NCBI GenBank assembly: GCA_002256025.1
Contig: NKIB01014448.1
Span: 1 to 43,256, forward strand
Reading direction: 5' to 3'
DNA: 43,256 nucleotides
DNA from: Asterionella formosa
Lineage: Eukaryota
Of this stretch, positions 24,896 through 37,694 are shown in pieces (the stretch's first letter is position 1; each line of letters starts with the position of its first letter). The translations under genes and the position numbers were made by a program. The notes under the pieces are model-generated. The model saw nothing but the letters and a program-made list of their open reading frames with translations, ran no database searches and was not told the origin of the DNA.

Positions 24896-25773
24896 AGTGA
24901 TTGCGGATCATCCTGTTTCTATTTCTCGATTTCACTGTAGGCAAAAATTTAGAGATATCATGATTTGAAAAAAACGTGGTATTCACAGCAACCATCGTAG
25001 GCAACATCAGTAAACAAAATAACCACAAGCAAGGTTTTCAAAATTTCCCTGCTTTGGGGATTCTTTACTTGTCATGTAACACACGTATGTGAAAGAATGC
25101 ATCAGTTCAACGTACACTTGGTTTGATTAACACCTCGTTCCGCACTCTGACAAGGCGAGCTAGGTTCATGCAGCTTTTTTGATGAACCCTTACAAGAACA
25201 ACTCAATGGAGTATTCCGAGAATAGGTTAGATTACTTACTTCCGTAAGCGACACACCGGCTGTGGACCAACACGTGCAAGCTATCTAGTAGACAACGATG
25301 CCCACTACTAATCTTATAAGACGATAACAATTTTTTATAACATACCGGTTTGCTATGGGTCATTGATGGGTGTGATTTGTTTGCACAGTATGGCTGAGCC
25401 TTTCCAACGGTGATGATCATCAAAATGCGATGCACTATCACCTCAGCCACACTGCTCATCACGGCACACAGAGTGCATGAACTTCGGGGATATCGGTACC
25501 AGGACCAGGTACCACCCTCTTGGTACTTTGAAGTCGAATGTACGCATGTAGACTGTACAATAAGTAAGGCAACATATAGCAAAAGATACGTATGACATTA
25601 CCGTATATGCATACATCGGTACATACAAGAATATCTGGATATAAATAAAAATATTTAAAAATGTGTACCGGTATGTAATACTTCATGACCGGACCAGGAC
25701 AAAGGAGCCTTGGCGGGACATAAAATCATATTTTTGTGCTTTTGTTTATCTCATCATCAAGACGTTGACCACC

Positions 25774-28700
25774 ATGGTAGACGAAGATGATGAATTGTCA
25801 GTGTCCTCCTTTGATGATATGGATGATACATTTAAGCCTAAAAAGGTTCCATTTGCGAAGGGTAAAGCGATTAAGAAGCTCAGTGATTCCACTTCGAATA
25901 CCCTTTTGGCAGATTCCAGCAGTAGCTCGTCTTCCGAGAGTACCTCTGACGATGATTCCAGTATCAAGAAAGAAACACCCAAACGAACTTTCAAGTCTCC
26001 TATTAACCCCTATTTAATGAAAAGAGTAAATGCATCCAAGTTCTTTGCATCGAGCACATCTTCCGATGAATCAAAGCATCAGGACAAATCAGAGACAATT
26101 GAGCGCCACAGGACAAATCAGACCCCAGATGTGGATTGCACTCCCAATCATTCACCCGCTTCAATCCATATGGCATTAGACATCGTGTCAACAGAATCGG
26201 GGAGACCAATGGATAAATTGTCAGCAGACCAGCCAGAATTGAACGACCTGCTCGGAAATGTAGACTTTCCATGGTTTAATCCCGACGACATTACTACTGA
26301 TCACAAGGACTCGATAGAACCTAACAACACTGTTGCTGTTGTTACGAAAGGCATTGAATACATCCTTTGTGAAGATTTTCATGATCCAATTCGCAAAACT
26401 AACGCAGAAACCGACATTCAAGAAGTTCGTATTCCACGAAAACATCAGCAAGACTTGCCCATGTCAGCAGCAGAATCATCGCCCTTTCGGCAAGGTCGAG
26501 TCTCCGAAGTCGATCCTGTACTCTATGCTCCTTTACCTTATCAGGAAAAGTCAAAGCCTCGTGTACATTATTTGTCTGAACAAAATCGACCCTTGCATGC
26601 TCGAAAGAATCTTCCTATCAATCAGTTCTTTGATAATCCTGTCAACCTACTGTGGAAATCCAAATATGATACCTTTAATCCCCTGCAATCTGAAGTCGCC
26701 AATGTTCTTGCCTACAGCAATGACAATATTGTAGTAAGTGCTCCTACAGGTTCTGGGAAAACATGTATCTTTGAAATGGCCATGGCCAAACTCTTCGCGG
26801 CCACACTTCATGCCAAAAGCCGCAACCATAAGGGCATCACACACCAGCTCCCAAAACATCGCAAGATTGTTTACATTGCTCCCAGTAAGGCATTGTGTGA
26901 TGAACGATTCGAAGACTGGTCTCGTCGATTTTCCGACATGAATCTTGGCATTCAGTGTGCAATGGTCACAGGCGATGTAGAGCCAGGAGACTGCTACCGT
27001 GACATTGCGACTGCGCATGTGATTCTTACGACGCCGGAAAAGTGGGACAGCATCACGCGTCGATGGACAGAGAATTTCTTCCTTATTGCGTCCGTCAAAC
27101 TGCTCCTGATAGACGAAGTGCATCTTCTTGGAGATTCCAGTCGAGGTTGTTGTCTTGAGTCTATCGTTTGCCGTATGAAAACGGTATTTCGAGCCACACA
27201 AAACAGCCAGTCCACTGACGCGCAAATTCTGTCATCGAGGTACGTTTATGAACATTTCTTTGTATAATGTAAGTAATGGAAATTTCGACATTGCTCAACG
27301 ATACCGATCACATCTTTTGCTCGCGTTCAACCAATGCAGCTATTCAAACACAACTCCTGAGGCAATCTCCTCATATTTACGAATTATTGCCGTCTCCGCA
27401 ACCTTGCCAAATGTGTCAGACATTGCTGCCTTTCTAGATGCAAACGAAGCGTTTGCCTTCGATGCATCATTTCGTCCTGTACCCCTTACCATACACACCA
27501 TTGGGTTTCACGGCAATGATAAGAACCTTTTCTTGTTTAACAAAAATCTCAATAACCGAATCCCTGACCTCATCCATCGATTTTCAAAGGGAAAACCTAC
27601 CATCATTTTTTGTCACACAAAAAGGGAATGTGAAGTGCTTGCATCTGAACTCTCGGTTGCCCAAGGAATCGGACGACAAGGTGATCAAGGAAGAATTAAT
27701 GCTGCCGGTCAGACCCGAATCAAATCATTACAGAAAGTTCTACACAGAGGCGTCGGATATCATCATGCTGGCCTAGAAGCTTGTGACCGCAAGACTGTTG
27801 AAAAGGCGTTTGGTGACTGTGTTCGTGTACTTTGCGCGACTTCAACCCTTGCCATGGGTGTGAATCTGCCTGCACATTTAGTGATAATCAAGGGCACACT
27901 AGCCTGGAGGGGTGCTGATGAAGGCTATTCCGAGATCGACTCTGGAACGATGCTCCAAATGATGGGACGTGCAGGACGCCCGGGCTTCGACACCGAAGGA
28001 ATCGCTGTCATCATGACAGATGCAGCATCAAAGCACCGCTATGATCGGCTCTCTGCTGGCCTGGAAACAGTTGAAAGTCAGATGCCAGCCAAGCTGTTGG
28101 CTTGTTTGAACAGCGAGATTTCTCAGCAAGTGATCGCAAGCTTCGCCGATGCCATGAATTGGATCAAAGGAACCTTCTATTTCACAAGAGCTCGATGCAA
28201 CCCTGCAAATTATGGAATTAAAGGAGATCAAAATAGCTTGGAGCTGGCGCTCACAACGATTGTAGGGCAAGCGCTACGGGATCTCGATATTGATGGATTC
28301 ATTTCTGTAAACAAGGAAAATGGTGCAGTCTCGCCTCTTGCAGGGAGCACTGTAATGTCGTCACATCTCGTTGAATACAAAGCAATGAAGAAGATTGCAG
28401 CACTACCATTCGATACTACGCAGTCTCAGCTAGTTATGACAATTGCGGAATTTGATCATCTCCATCGTCCCGTTCGACGAAGCGAGAAGAAAGTGCTAAA
28501 TGAGCTTCACAAGACAATCCGGTACAAGCTTGATGGCCCAGTAAGCAAAGTGCGAGTGCAACAACCATGGCAGAAAACATTCGTGTTGCTTCAAGCTGCT
28601 GTAGGTCAACAATATCTCGAGGACTATACACTTCGTCAGGAGATGTCAATGATGGTCGATTTTGCGGCTCGAATGCTTGTAGCCATTGAAGAGTTCAGCA

Positions 28701-30625
28701 TCGAGGGAAGTATGCATGGACAAGTCGCCTTGCAGTGCCTCCGCTTACGACGTTCCTTCAGTAGTTCGCTGTGGGGCGTGAGGGACGGCGCATTGAACCA
28801 GCTAAGTGGTGTCGGTGCAGATGTTACTGCCAAGCTTCGTTTTAACAAGATCATTTCCTTTGCTGATACAGTGGCAGCAACTGAGGAAGCCATCGAACGT
28901 GCTGCAGGAAAGCCTCCTCCATTCGGGAAGGACCTCCGTGGCGCTGCAGGAAAGATTTTGAGAAACACGCTCCAATTAAGTGTTTCCGTTGATACCAGGA
29001 ATCAGCGACTGATATGCAAGCTATCAAAACGTTCAATTCTAGGTGTTTCTCATCGAAATGAATCATCACTTAGTGATGATGATGTAGTCAAGTACTCACT
29101 TGTTTCCTTTACGGACAGACCAGGTGGAAGCTTGCAGTACCTTTCTCGTGTATTTCCTGATCGCGAGTATCAGTGTGCCCTCCCAACATTGTACGGCGAA
29201 GTCTTTGTTTTACTTGTGGCAAATTTAGTTGGCTTAGATGAGAAAGTGGTTATTGATGGAAATGATGAAATTAATCCTTCCACATACACACAAACACCAA
29301 TGAAGGTTCCGGTTCCTTTAAAAAGCGCACCAAACCACGGTTCCCGAACAAACCAGAAACAGCAGACTCTCCATGATACATTGCTAGTGGACAACAGCTT
29401 GCGCAAGAGATGTCGAACAATACACGTCGCCAACTCAAGCATCGCTGCAGCCAAGAGGATGGGCAGTCAGCATACAAAAAAATCGAACCCTCGACATGAC
29501 TCACTATGTTCGACAATCCCTTCACCAAATAGAATTGAACATGTTTCTTCTACATCCATTGGTCACATTGCATCAGCAGTCACCCCCTCCTCGCCACGAC
29601 ATGCACACACAATCCCTGCCCCAGTTCTTGAAACAATAAGAGCTGTACCAGCGGGAGTTGAATATCAACGATCACAAACTCCTTCGATGAGAGAGGGAAG
29701 CACGGCGGTCACGACAAATCAATCTACATGGAACAAGGAGAAGCGCGAGCAGCGGAATTTCCAACAGAGTGCCTTCGTTGCTGAAAAAGAAAACCCTTTC
29801 TCGCGTTTCAAATTTGATCCGAATGATGTCGAGTCGAACCTTGAAGCTCTGGCATCCAGGCAAGCGCAGCAGCAAGGAGATAACAGCATTATTCCACTTA
29901 ATGTCCTTTTGCAGCTGCCACCTAAACGTCGAATGAACGACGCCATAGGGAGGAGTGGTACTTTCGGAATAAGGAACGCGGGTCGAGCAACTCGCTTTGG
30001 CAGTAGCAGAGCAAAGAGGTACCGTGGTGTCCAAACAAGATCGAATGAAGAACTGCTTCACATGAAGGCGGAGGAACAGAACCGACTACGCTATTTACCG
30101 GTATTCAATGCAGTTTCGGTTGCTTCATATGGAGCCCCCTACGGTTCACCCGCCGGAAACACAATGATGCAACCACCTTCACACGCACCTCAACCACCGA
30201 GTCAATACTTGCTTACTAATAGCCAGCCCTGGTGTGCAGAACAACTTCCCTTATTCCGAGGCCAATTGTACCAACAAAGCCCAAAAATACAAAATCAAAT
30301 TCAAAACGACCCATGGTGTGGCTTCGAAAATGAAAATAATGGGCCATTTCATAATGGCAGCGCTGCATTCATGCAACACATACATGTGCCCCAACCATCA
30401 ACTGCGAATCTTGGCTATTCTACCTCAGCAAGGTACCAGCATCGGCACTACCGAGGGATGTGGTCTCAACCTCAGGGTCAGCTAGAACCCGAACATCCTT
30501 CGGTTTTGGAAATGGAAGCTGGAGAAAATTTCTTCGATCGCCCCTATCAGGCAGCGACAGATTTTGGCGACCAATTGGTAAATGCAGAGGAGGACGATAC
30601 CTTGCTTGATTTCGCTTTCTTTTAA
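25774..30625 (+). CDS. MER3: Meiotic DExH-box helicase MER3/HFM1 (2 exons, ~1583 aa)
   Basis: Motifs SAPTGSGKT, TTPEKWDSITRRW, LIDEVHLL, AVSATLPN, YHHAGL, ATSTLAMGVNLPAHLVIIKGT and QMMGRAGRPGFD. A single helicase cassette is followed by a Sec63-like region. Intron 27240-27339 (AG|GTACGT...TGCAG|C) joins the two track ORFs in frame. Confidence 0.9.
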
Positions 30626-30701
30626 CAATAATATTGAAAATAAATTATAGGTCCATCAAAAGAAAGTGAAAAAACATCACGAGAATAAATGTTATCACCA
30701 C

Positions 30702-32285
30702 TTATCGCCAAACTCTTATGGTAGAATCTCTGGATGCACTCAAAATGGCCTTTCTTGGTAGTTGGACAAGCTTGAGGTCGAGAATAGCGTCGTTGTGTCT
30801 GTTTTCTGGTCGAGCAATGCCCCGATGCTGACGACGAGGGACCCTGGAGCTTTCGAGCTCATGTAGGGTTGGACCCGGTGCGTGCTTGCACAGCATTAAG
30901 CGACCACATGGCTGGAAGTCCATGCGATCGTATCCTGGTCGTTGCTGAACAGCACCGCTGACACTAAAGCACTTTGTTGGTGAAGCGAAATCCCAATAGC
31001 GAATATGACAATCGCCGCCACCAGTGATTAGGAAGTTCTGGTCAAATCCGCCAACGCTGCCAACAATAGCGTTTATTGTTGGGCCTTTCAATGGGGCGAC
31101 ATCGGAATGAAACGTTTTTGGTACAACCCCATAGTTTTGAAGCAGCCTCCTCGAGCTCGATGACGAGACACTTATTGCTTTGAGCGCAGGTAAATTCAGT
31201 CGTGCCTTGTGTTGGCCGTAAGCCTCTTCAGGGTCCAAAACTCGAAAGGATTGCCGACACGATCCATCGATTAAATCGAACATTGCACACTCATTGTTCC
31301 CGCAAGCCGTGAACGCAAAGGGTCGGGGCTCAGCACCAGCAGCGTTTCTTGCCCCGGCAGGGAATGACGAGAAAGTCGTGGCAAGACGACTTACAGGCAT
31401 TGCACTGCTATGATGCCAAACCTTTACCATCTTCTGGAATCGGATGTCCCACAAAGCAAGGAATCCTCGACTAGTTCCAGCGACGGCCCAATTGCGATCA
31501 TTTCCAAGTGACATAGCAGATAGACTACCAAGGTCGGGGCAATGGTCGAGTCTAAACGGCTCGCGTTCTGATCGAAGATCCCAGCTGTGAATAGCCCCCC
31601 TTTGTGTAGCAAAAACTATTACAGATTCTGAAAGGGCGTTGAAATGTGAAACAGCGAGCACTTCTCCCTCCGCTGAATCTAATTTTCTGATCTCTGTGGT
31701 TCCAGATACTCGGGAATACTCTGAGGTTTTCGAAATTGTCTTTGTATCTCGGGTTTCTGTCAGTACTGAACCCTTTGAGGACGCCAAATCGACCCTCCAC
31801 ACATGCACGTTGCCATCGCTTGCAGCAGTTGCTATTGAATGGCTTTGTTCTAAGATCACAACGTCATTCACTCTTGCACTGTTGCTCTTGCTTCCTGAAA
31901 GGTCATATGTAGCTGAGCTTTCCAGCAAACCCGATGATTTCTCCATCTGTCCAAGCTCCCACACTCTACAGGTTCCATCGTAGCTGCCGGACACAAAAAA
32001 TCGTTGATCATACGCGACCGCTAGTCGAGATACTGGCGCGGTATGGCCCGAGGTCGGTGAACTGCATAAAATAAGCGAATCTATCTTTGGCTTCCACTCG
32101 CTCATGGAAACTCCAGGGTCTCGTGCTGATTGGTTTCCAAACACTACACCCAGGCGGGGAGGTAGCGACGGTACTCCCAATCCCTTAAGCTTGCCCACAA
32201 GCAGCGATGAGTCACTTCGGGCAGGATCTAGACGGCATTCTGGTCCCCACTCTCCTGCTGTTGCTGATTCCACTAGTTGTGCCTT

Positions 32286-32316
<31 letters not shown>

Positions 32317-35300
32317 TAAAAAATCGAAGTCATACAGTGCTTCTCGATTTTGTGACTTACCTCTGCCGTGTCACCTTCCTTTGGAGCGTTTTCGTCACCG
32401 TCAGGTTGTTGCAATATCGTTGACTGAGAGTGTGTAATGGATAAGCCGTAGACTGAAACAGGACACTGTGTGAGTATTCATTCTAAACATCTGGTCTTAC
32501 AGGAAAAGTCTCTTACCTTGAGTCAATTCGGAGAGGGAGCGAATTGAACTTGATTCCGAAGGAGCACTGGGGTTTTGGGCGCAGTCTCGTTTCATGGCAT
32601 CATACCACGGCGGAACACCGTTCTCAAGGTTGGAGGCCACTGATTGTTGCGGGAAGCGTATCTGCTGAGCAAGTTTCAGTGATCCTTCAATTGCATGCAA
32701 GAAATCCTCTGACTCTCTGGGGTTTCTATCTCTGCTTCCTTTCAATTGCCCACTACCTCTGGATAACATTATCAAGTATGACAAAATGTGTGGGTTCAAT
32801 GGGTCGTTCTTGTCAGCTGGAAAGGTCAGCTCATCACTCTTCATCTCAATCGATGCATCATCAACCTGCCGGGAGTCTCGCGATCCCGACGAGAGTACTC
32901 TAGGAACATAATTTTCTGTCAGATCACGACTTATCGATGTCCATTGGATACCATCGGGTGAAATAGTTGGTTGCCTTGTTAGTAGCTGAACTTCCTTCGT
33001 CAGTCGTGACTTAGTCCATGGTGGCACAAGGCACTTCGCCAGCCCTTCCTTAGTTGTTAAATGTTTCGGCGAAGGCTCAAACCGGAAGTATGGTCTCAAG
33101 ATCGGTACCAAGAAGACGTTCGAGTCGGGAAATCCAACGGCAATACACGAAGAATTGACAAGTGCAATCGCGCTCTGACGAACATCGGAAGACGGATAAA
33201 TGAGCAATGGAGAGTATTTCTCAAACAAACCTCGTGTCTTTGCCGAGTCGTTTTTGGACGGTTCAATAAGAACAGACCGGGAAAGGAGGCCCATATCCAC
33301 CAACGCAGCCAAGCTCAAAAGGGCTTGGCTCATGACTTGATCTTCCCCGTCCACTAAAGCAGTCTCTAGACAAGGGAGGACGAAATGCTCGGTTGCGGCT
33401 CGACCGATCATGTAGCAAACAGAAGGTAAGTCACTAAATAGAGCGGCACGCAGCTGCCAGTCTCGTCTATCGTTCAAAAAAGCCAAAATCTGAGGAAGAA
33501 TAAACGCCATAACTCCATCGCGGCCAAAAAAATTACAAAGCCGTGTCAAGTCTTTCAACAAAGCTCGCTTTGGGGGCGAAGATTGCTCTGCCTGGTCAGC
33601 AGTGATGTGAAGGACCCATCTTGAAACAGTCTCATGGAGCGCTGCCAAGTCGAAGTTGTAAGTGCTACGAATTAATGTTGTGCCTGCCATTGCCTTTGAC
33701 GACTGCCCTTCTACCTTGGAATCATTGTACTCCCCATCTACATTTCTTGTTTTGTCCAGTAACCGTGTAACATCATCTCCAAAAATACCTGAGAGTTTTA
33801 AATCTTCTTCAATAGGTGTAGAGGTTCCAGTTCCGCCACCGACTACCTCATAGAGCCGAACAGCATGGCTAATGTCCAAGAACCGATGAGCAGTCTCTGC
33901 CAATTTTGCCATGCACCCAGCAAATGCCACTCGGACGACCAAGGATGAATCACTAATCAGGTGTGCCACTCGCTTAAAAATATATTGCGGAAAAATTTTG
34001 GAATCCGAAGGAGGAAAACTTTGAACCAGAGCAAGAGCATCTGTCATGACCATGACCGCCTTGGCCTTTACCAAAGGATCTTGATCCTGAAGCAAGGAGA
34101 TAGTGGTTGGTAGAATTCGCTGAAGCAATGCTTCGTCATTTAAAACACGAGCCACCAGATCCAAAATGTGAAGGGCGACCAACTTGGATGATGGTCGTTG
34201 AACGAATCTTAGGTTCGATAAGACCAGTTGAAGGTATATTAGTAGGGCCTTTTTGTCGGTTGCCGAGGTGGGGACGAGGGCTTCTTCATTGGCCTCTTTG
34301 ACAGGAATATTTTCTATATTTTCCGTGGTGCTGCTATCATCATCAAAATTAAGATTTTCCAACTGTTTTAGCAATGCCTCCGTTTCCGCCATAAGATCGG
34401 TTGGCTCGCGTTCCGCCCCATAGGCGAGGGAATCTTCATTTTTGACATCTTCAGGATGCTCTCGCTCCCACAACGTCTTCCCCAAGACACAGCGGAAGTA
34501 ATTGTTGCATTTTTCCTCTGACAGTCCCATCGTTTTTCTCAAGATATCTCTATAATATGCTGCTGCAAGGGCGACTCTCGCATCAGGTGTTTCCTTGTTC
34601 ATTCTCGCCATTAACTGTTTTAACGCCCCAAAGCTTTTGGGTATTTCTAGTCTCTCCAAATATTCTCTTGCACTCAATCTCTGTTCTGGGTCTACGTGCA
34701 GCATGTGTTTACATGCTGCTCTCAGACTGGAGCTTTCAATTTTTTGCAGACGCTGCTGAAGTCCGACTGGCTCTTTTCCTTTTCTCAGATCCATCAAGTC
34801 CCCCAGATCCAATGCTCGCTCGCCATTTAGCGACGTTTCCAGAAAAACACATCCTGCCGAAAATACATCCATTTGAGGAGTCAGTTGGAAAGGTGTGGAG
34901 GATTCCGTTTTGCTGTGAAATCGTTCGGGAGCGAGGTAACATCCCGTCACAGTGGGGTCTTGCTGCAATTCTTGAAAATAATACAAATAGAGTGACGGGT
35001 CATCGTCGGGTAGTGTCTGTAGTGACTTATAGGAAGCTATATCTAACAATACGACGTGCCCCCAGGACGTGATGCCAATCTGAGTGGAAGTGATGAATCC
35101 GTGCACAACGCCGCAGTCGTGAAGGGCTTGCAGGGCTTCCAAAAGTTGCGATAGGATCCATAGCTTTTCGACATGAGTGAGAAAGGGCCTTGATTCCAGG
35201 CGATCTGAGAGCGTGGTGTATAAGTGTGACCTCATCAATGTGATTGGTAGAATCTGTAGATTCCCAGGTTGCTTCAGTCGAAGGTCTCCCATGTTCCACT

Positions 35301-35577
35301 GCAGAAAGGGCGCAACATGGGCTTGCCCTTTCAGCAGAGTTTTGATTCGAAGCAGCTCTTTTTCTTGTTCTTTTAGGAGTGCAACGTCTTCGCTTCGTAT
35401 CCATATGCTTTTGACGACCACTGCCTCTCGGGTTTGTCGATGGTGACATAGAAAGGTCCGCATCATCCTGCCGGATCCGGGGAGCAGGCGGCGTTCCATG
35501 ACGTACTCGTCGCCTAGTAGCTCGTTGAAGGATTCCTCTGGCGGCATGGACATCAAGCGACCCTGTGAGGCTCCCAT
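30702..35577 (-). CDS. VPS15: VPS15/PIK3R4 PI3K regulatory subunit: kinase-like + HEAT + WD40 (3 exons, ~1577 aa)
   Basis: N-terminal Gly2 (myristoylation candidate); LSDRLESRPFLTHVEKLWI..QLL, CYLAPERF; HEAT motifs IFPQYIF and ILAFLNDRRDWQLRAALF; WD40 motifs FFVSGSYDGTCRVW and SASRDSTIRVWR. Exons 35577-32517, 32452-32361 and 32282-30702 with GT-AG introns keep the frame. Confidence 0.93.
32289..32316. repeat. G28 homopolymer (C28 on the VPS15 sense strand) inside a predicted intron
   Basis: 28 consecutive G read directly from the sequence. Confidence 0.9.
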
Positions 35578-36408
35578 GATGGTGTGCTATGATGTCCAAG
35601 TCAACTGGAGGCGCAGGAGTCAACAGGCGCAAGGTTCTGTGTTGATACTGCCTGTCGTATGATGTAGATTTCGGTTTAATATTTTTTTTTTTATTATAGT
35701 ACCGGTAGTGCGAATTGAGTCGGAGCCATGATCATCGTCAGACATCAAGAAATGCTACTGTCGTATATATGATGGAAATTCCGGTATTGTATACTCGGAG
35801 CATTTTTTATTATAGGGTACCCTGGTACCTTGTACCAGGGAGTTACCATCAGGTAGTCCGATTTGTGTCGGAGACACGATCTCAGTCATCAAGAAAAACT
35901 CCCAGCGATGACTAGAATAAAAGTAACTAAACAAATATAAGATGAGTATAGATTGATCTGATACCGGGAGTATTATTAAACTAATTATGTATATGCATAC
36001 CGGTAGTGCAATGATGAGCAAGATGCTGGACACAAATTCTAACAACGCCATTGGGAAAACTGTACTGAAGACTACCACCAACTATAGTCTAAACTGAGGA
36101 TGGTCTGGTTGACTTTTTTCATTACAAACCTTGACTCTATCTCGTACACGATATTTGTAAGGTCTATTGAAAACATGCATGTGGACTCTATTACCGTTTT
36201 CCCTTTAAACTATTTGGTGCATAACATGTGATTGCAACCCTCGAGCAATATTGCCGCGCACATTTTTGCAATCCATCACATCTTGAAGAGTAGCTGAATA
36301 TAATGCCAGTAAGATGGCAGCGCTTTAATGAAAAAGTCAAAACCATTGACAAATGCACTGCCTGTTTCCTGACTGGTGAATCGAGGGACCAGAAAGTCCA
36401 AACATGAA

Positions 36409-37161
36409 TCAATTGTCATCTGCACCCCCTCCACCTGAAAGCTCTGACCAATCCACCTTTTGGTGGTTTACAACAGAGCTGGCCTTGCCATCGAACCCTC
36501 TCAGATAATACTGCACATATTCATCTCCATAGTTCAGCAAGAACTCCTCTCCCACTGCGATATCCACCTTGCAAACTATCAGAACTCTGGGCAATTCTTC
36601 CACATGACAAATCTTCATAATGACATTCGCATCCTTGGCAATGTTTTCAAAATGATTAATTGACCTAGTTTCATTTCCATATTCCTGCGCATTCACAGAC
36701 ATGGTTTGCTGCAAGTGCGCCGCGTACTCTCCTCCATTGTCAACGTCTCCCTTGACAACTCCGCAGTATTCGCCAACGATATCAAATTGACGGAATGGAA
36801 GACTTGCGAAGAGTCCTGTTTCTCCCGACAGGACATGGCTTTTGTCCAAAGTACGAATTTCCACGCCATGGAGCATACGGCGGGTGGCCTTTTTGCGCAT
36901 GTCCTTGCCTATGCGATGGCGGGGCCAAATATTAGACGTGATGTGAATGGCTTTGGGGGTCAAGTGATGGTCGTTGTGAGGACGGGAAATAAGTCCAAGA
37001 CTCGTCAATGGGTGATTGGCGGCCATGGCATTGCTGGCTGTCAAATTCACGACATGCGACGTGCTGTCACCAATGCCCTCGGGGCTCCTAGAGGCAGCGG
37101 CATCCTGGAAGTAGAGTGAATTGGCGAGTAGCAGTATGCTTTGTTCAGTTTCGGTAATCAT
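36409..37161 (-). CDS. SET-domain protein, putative lysine methyltransferase
   Basis: SET motifs GLFA..FDIVGEYCG, NAQEYGNETRSINH and DIAVGEEFLLNYGDEY in a 250-aa ORF. Confidence 0.85.
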   Translation of the reverse strand: MITETEQSILLLANSLYFQDAAASRSPEGIGDSTSHVVNLTASNAMAANHPLTSLGLISRPHNDHHLTPKAIHITSNIWPRHRIGKDMRKKATRRMLHGVEIRTLDKSHVLSGETGLFASLPFRQFDIVGEYCGVVKGDVDNGGEYAAHLQQTMSVNAQEYGNETRSINHFENIAKDANVIMKICHVEELPRVLIVCKVDIAVGEEFLLNYGDEYVQYYLRGFDGKASSVVNHQKVDWSELSGGGGADDN

Positions 37162-37694
37162 GTTGAAGAGTTATTGTTAGAGTGACAAATGGCCTTCCAC
37201 GAGTTTCATACAAATGCTTTAATGACTTGAGTTTTGATGTCGTTTGGTGCGTATGAAATAGATTCGTGTTTCTGAATTTTACGTTGTATCTGGTTGTTTT
37301 TGAGAATTTGTGAACAGAATCCATCCCGCCCGCCAGATGTGGTGGTGAAACCAAGCTCACAGCCTGTCCCGTATCAGCTACACACTGCAACGAAGTGGCC
37401 AAAAGCAACGTTATCTCTCCTACTTACTGTGGAGTGCACGGTTTTGGGTGATAAGAATGGCCGTATGTACATTTTGGGATGAAAGTATATTTCGGTATGT
37501 ATATATATTTATTTTCCAATCTGCCATCAGCCCATCATACATACATAAATATACACATAGATATATGATAGTTATAATCAGGGACAACAGAGCAAAATAA
37601 GAATAGATTATCATCATGGAAGCGAACTCCCATTTCACTTTTATATATTGTGACAACATTTGAATCTGTCATATCTCACAAATAAAACAAAAGG

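Noticed and set aside
32286..32318. Polyproline tract in VPS15 as shown in the ORF track
   Set aside because: It lies between a consensus donor and acceptor and is better explained as intronic.
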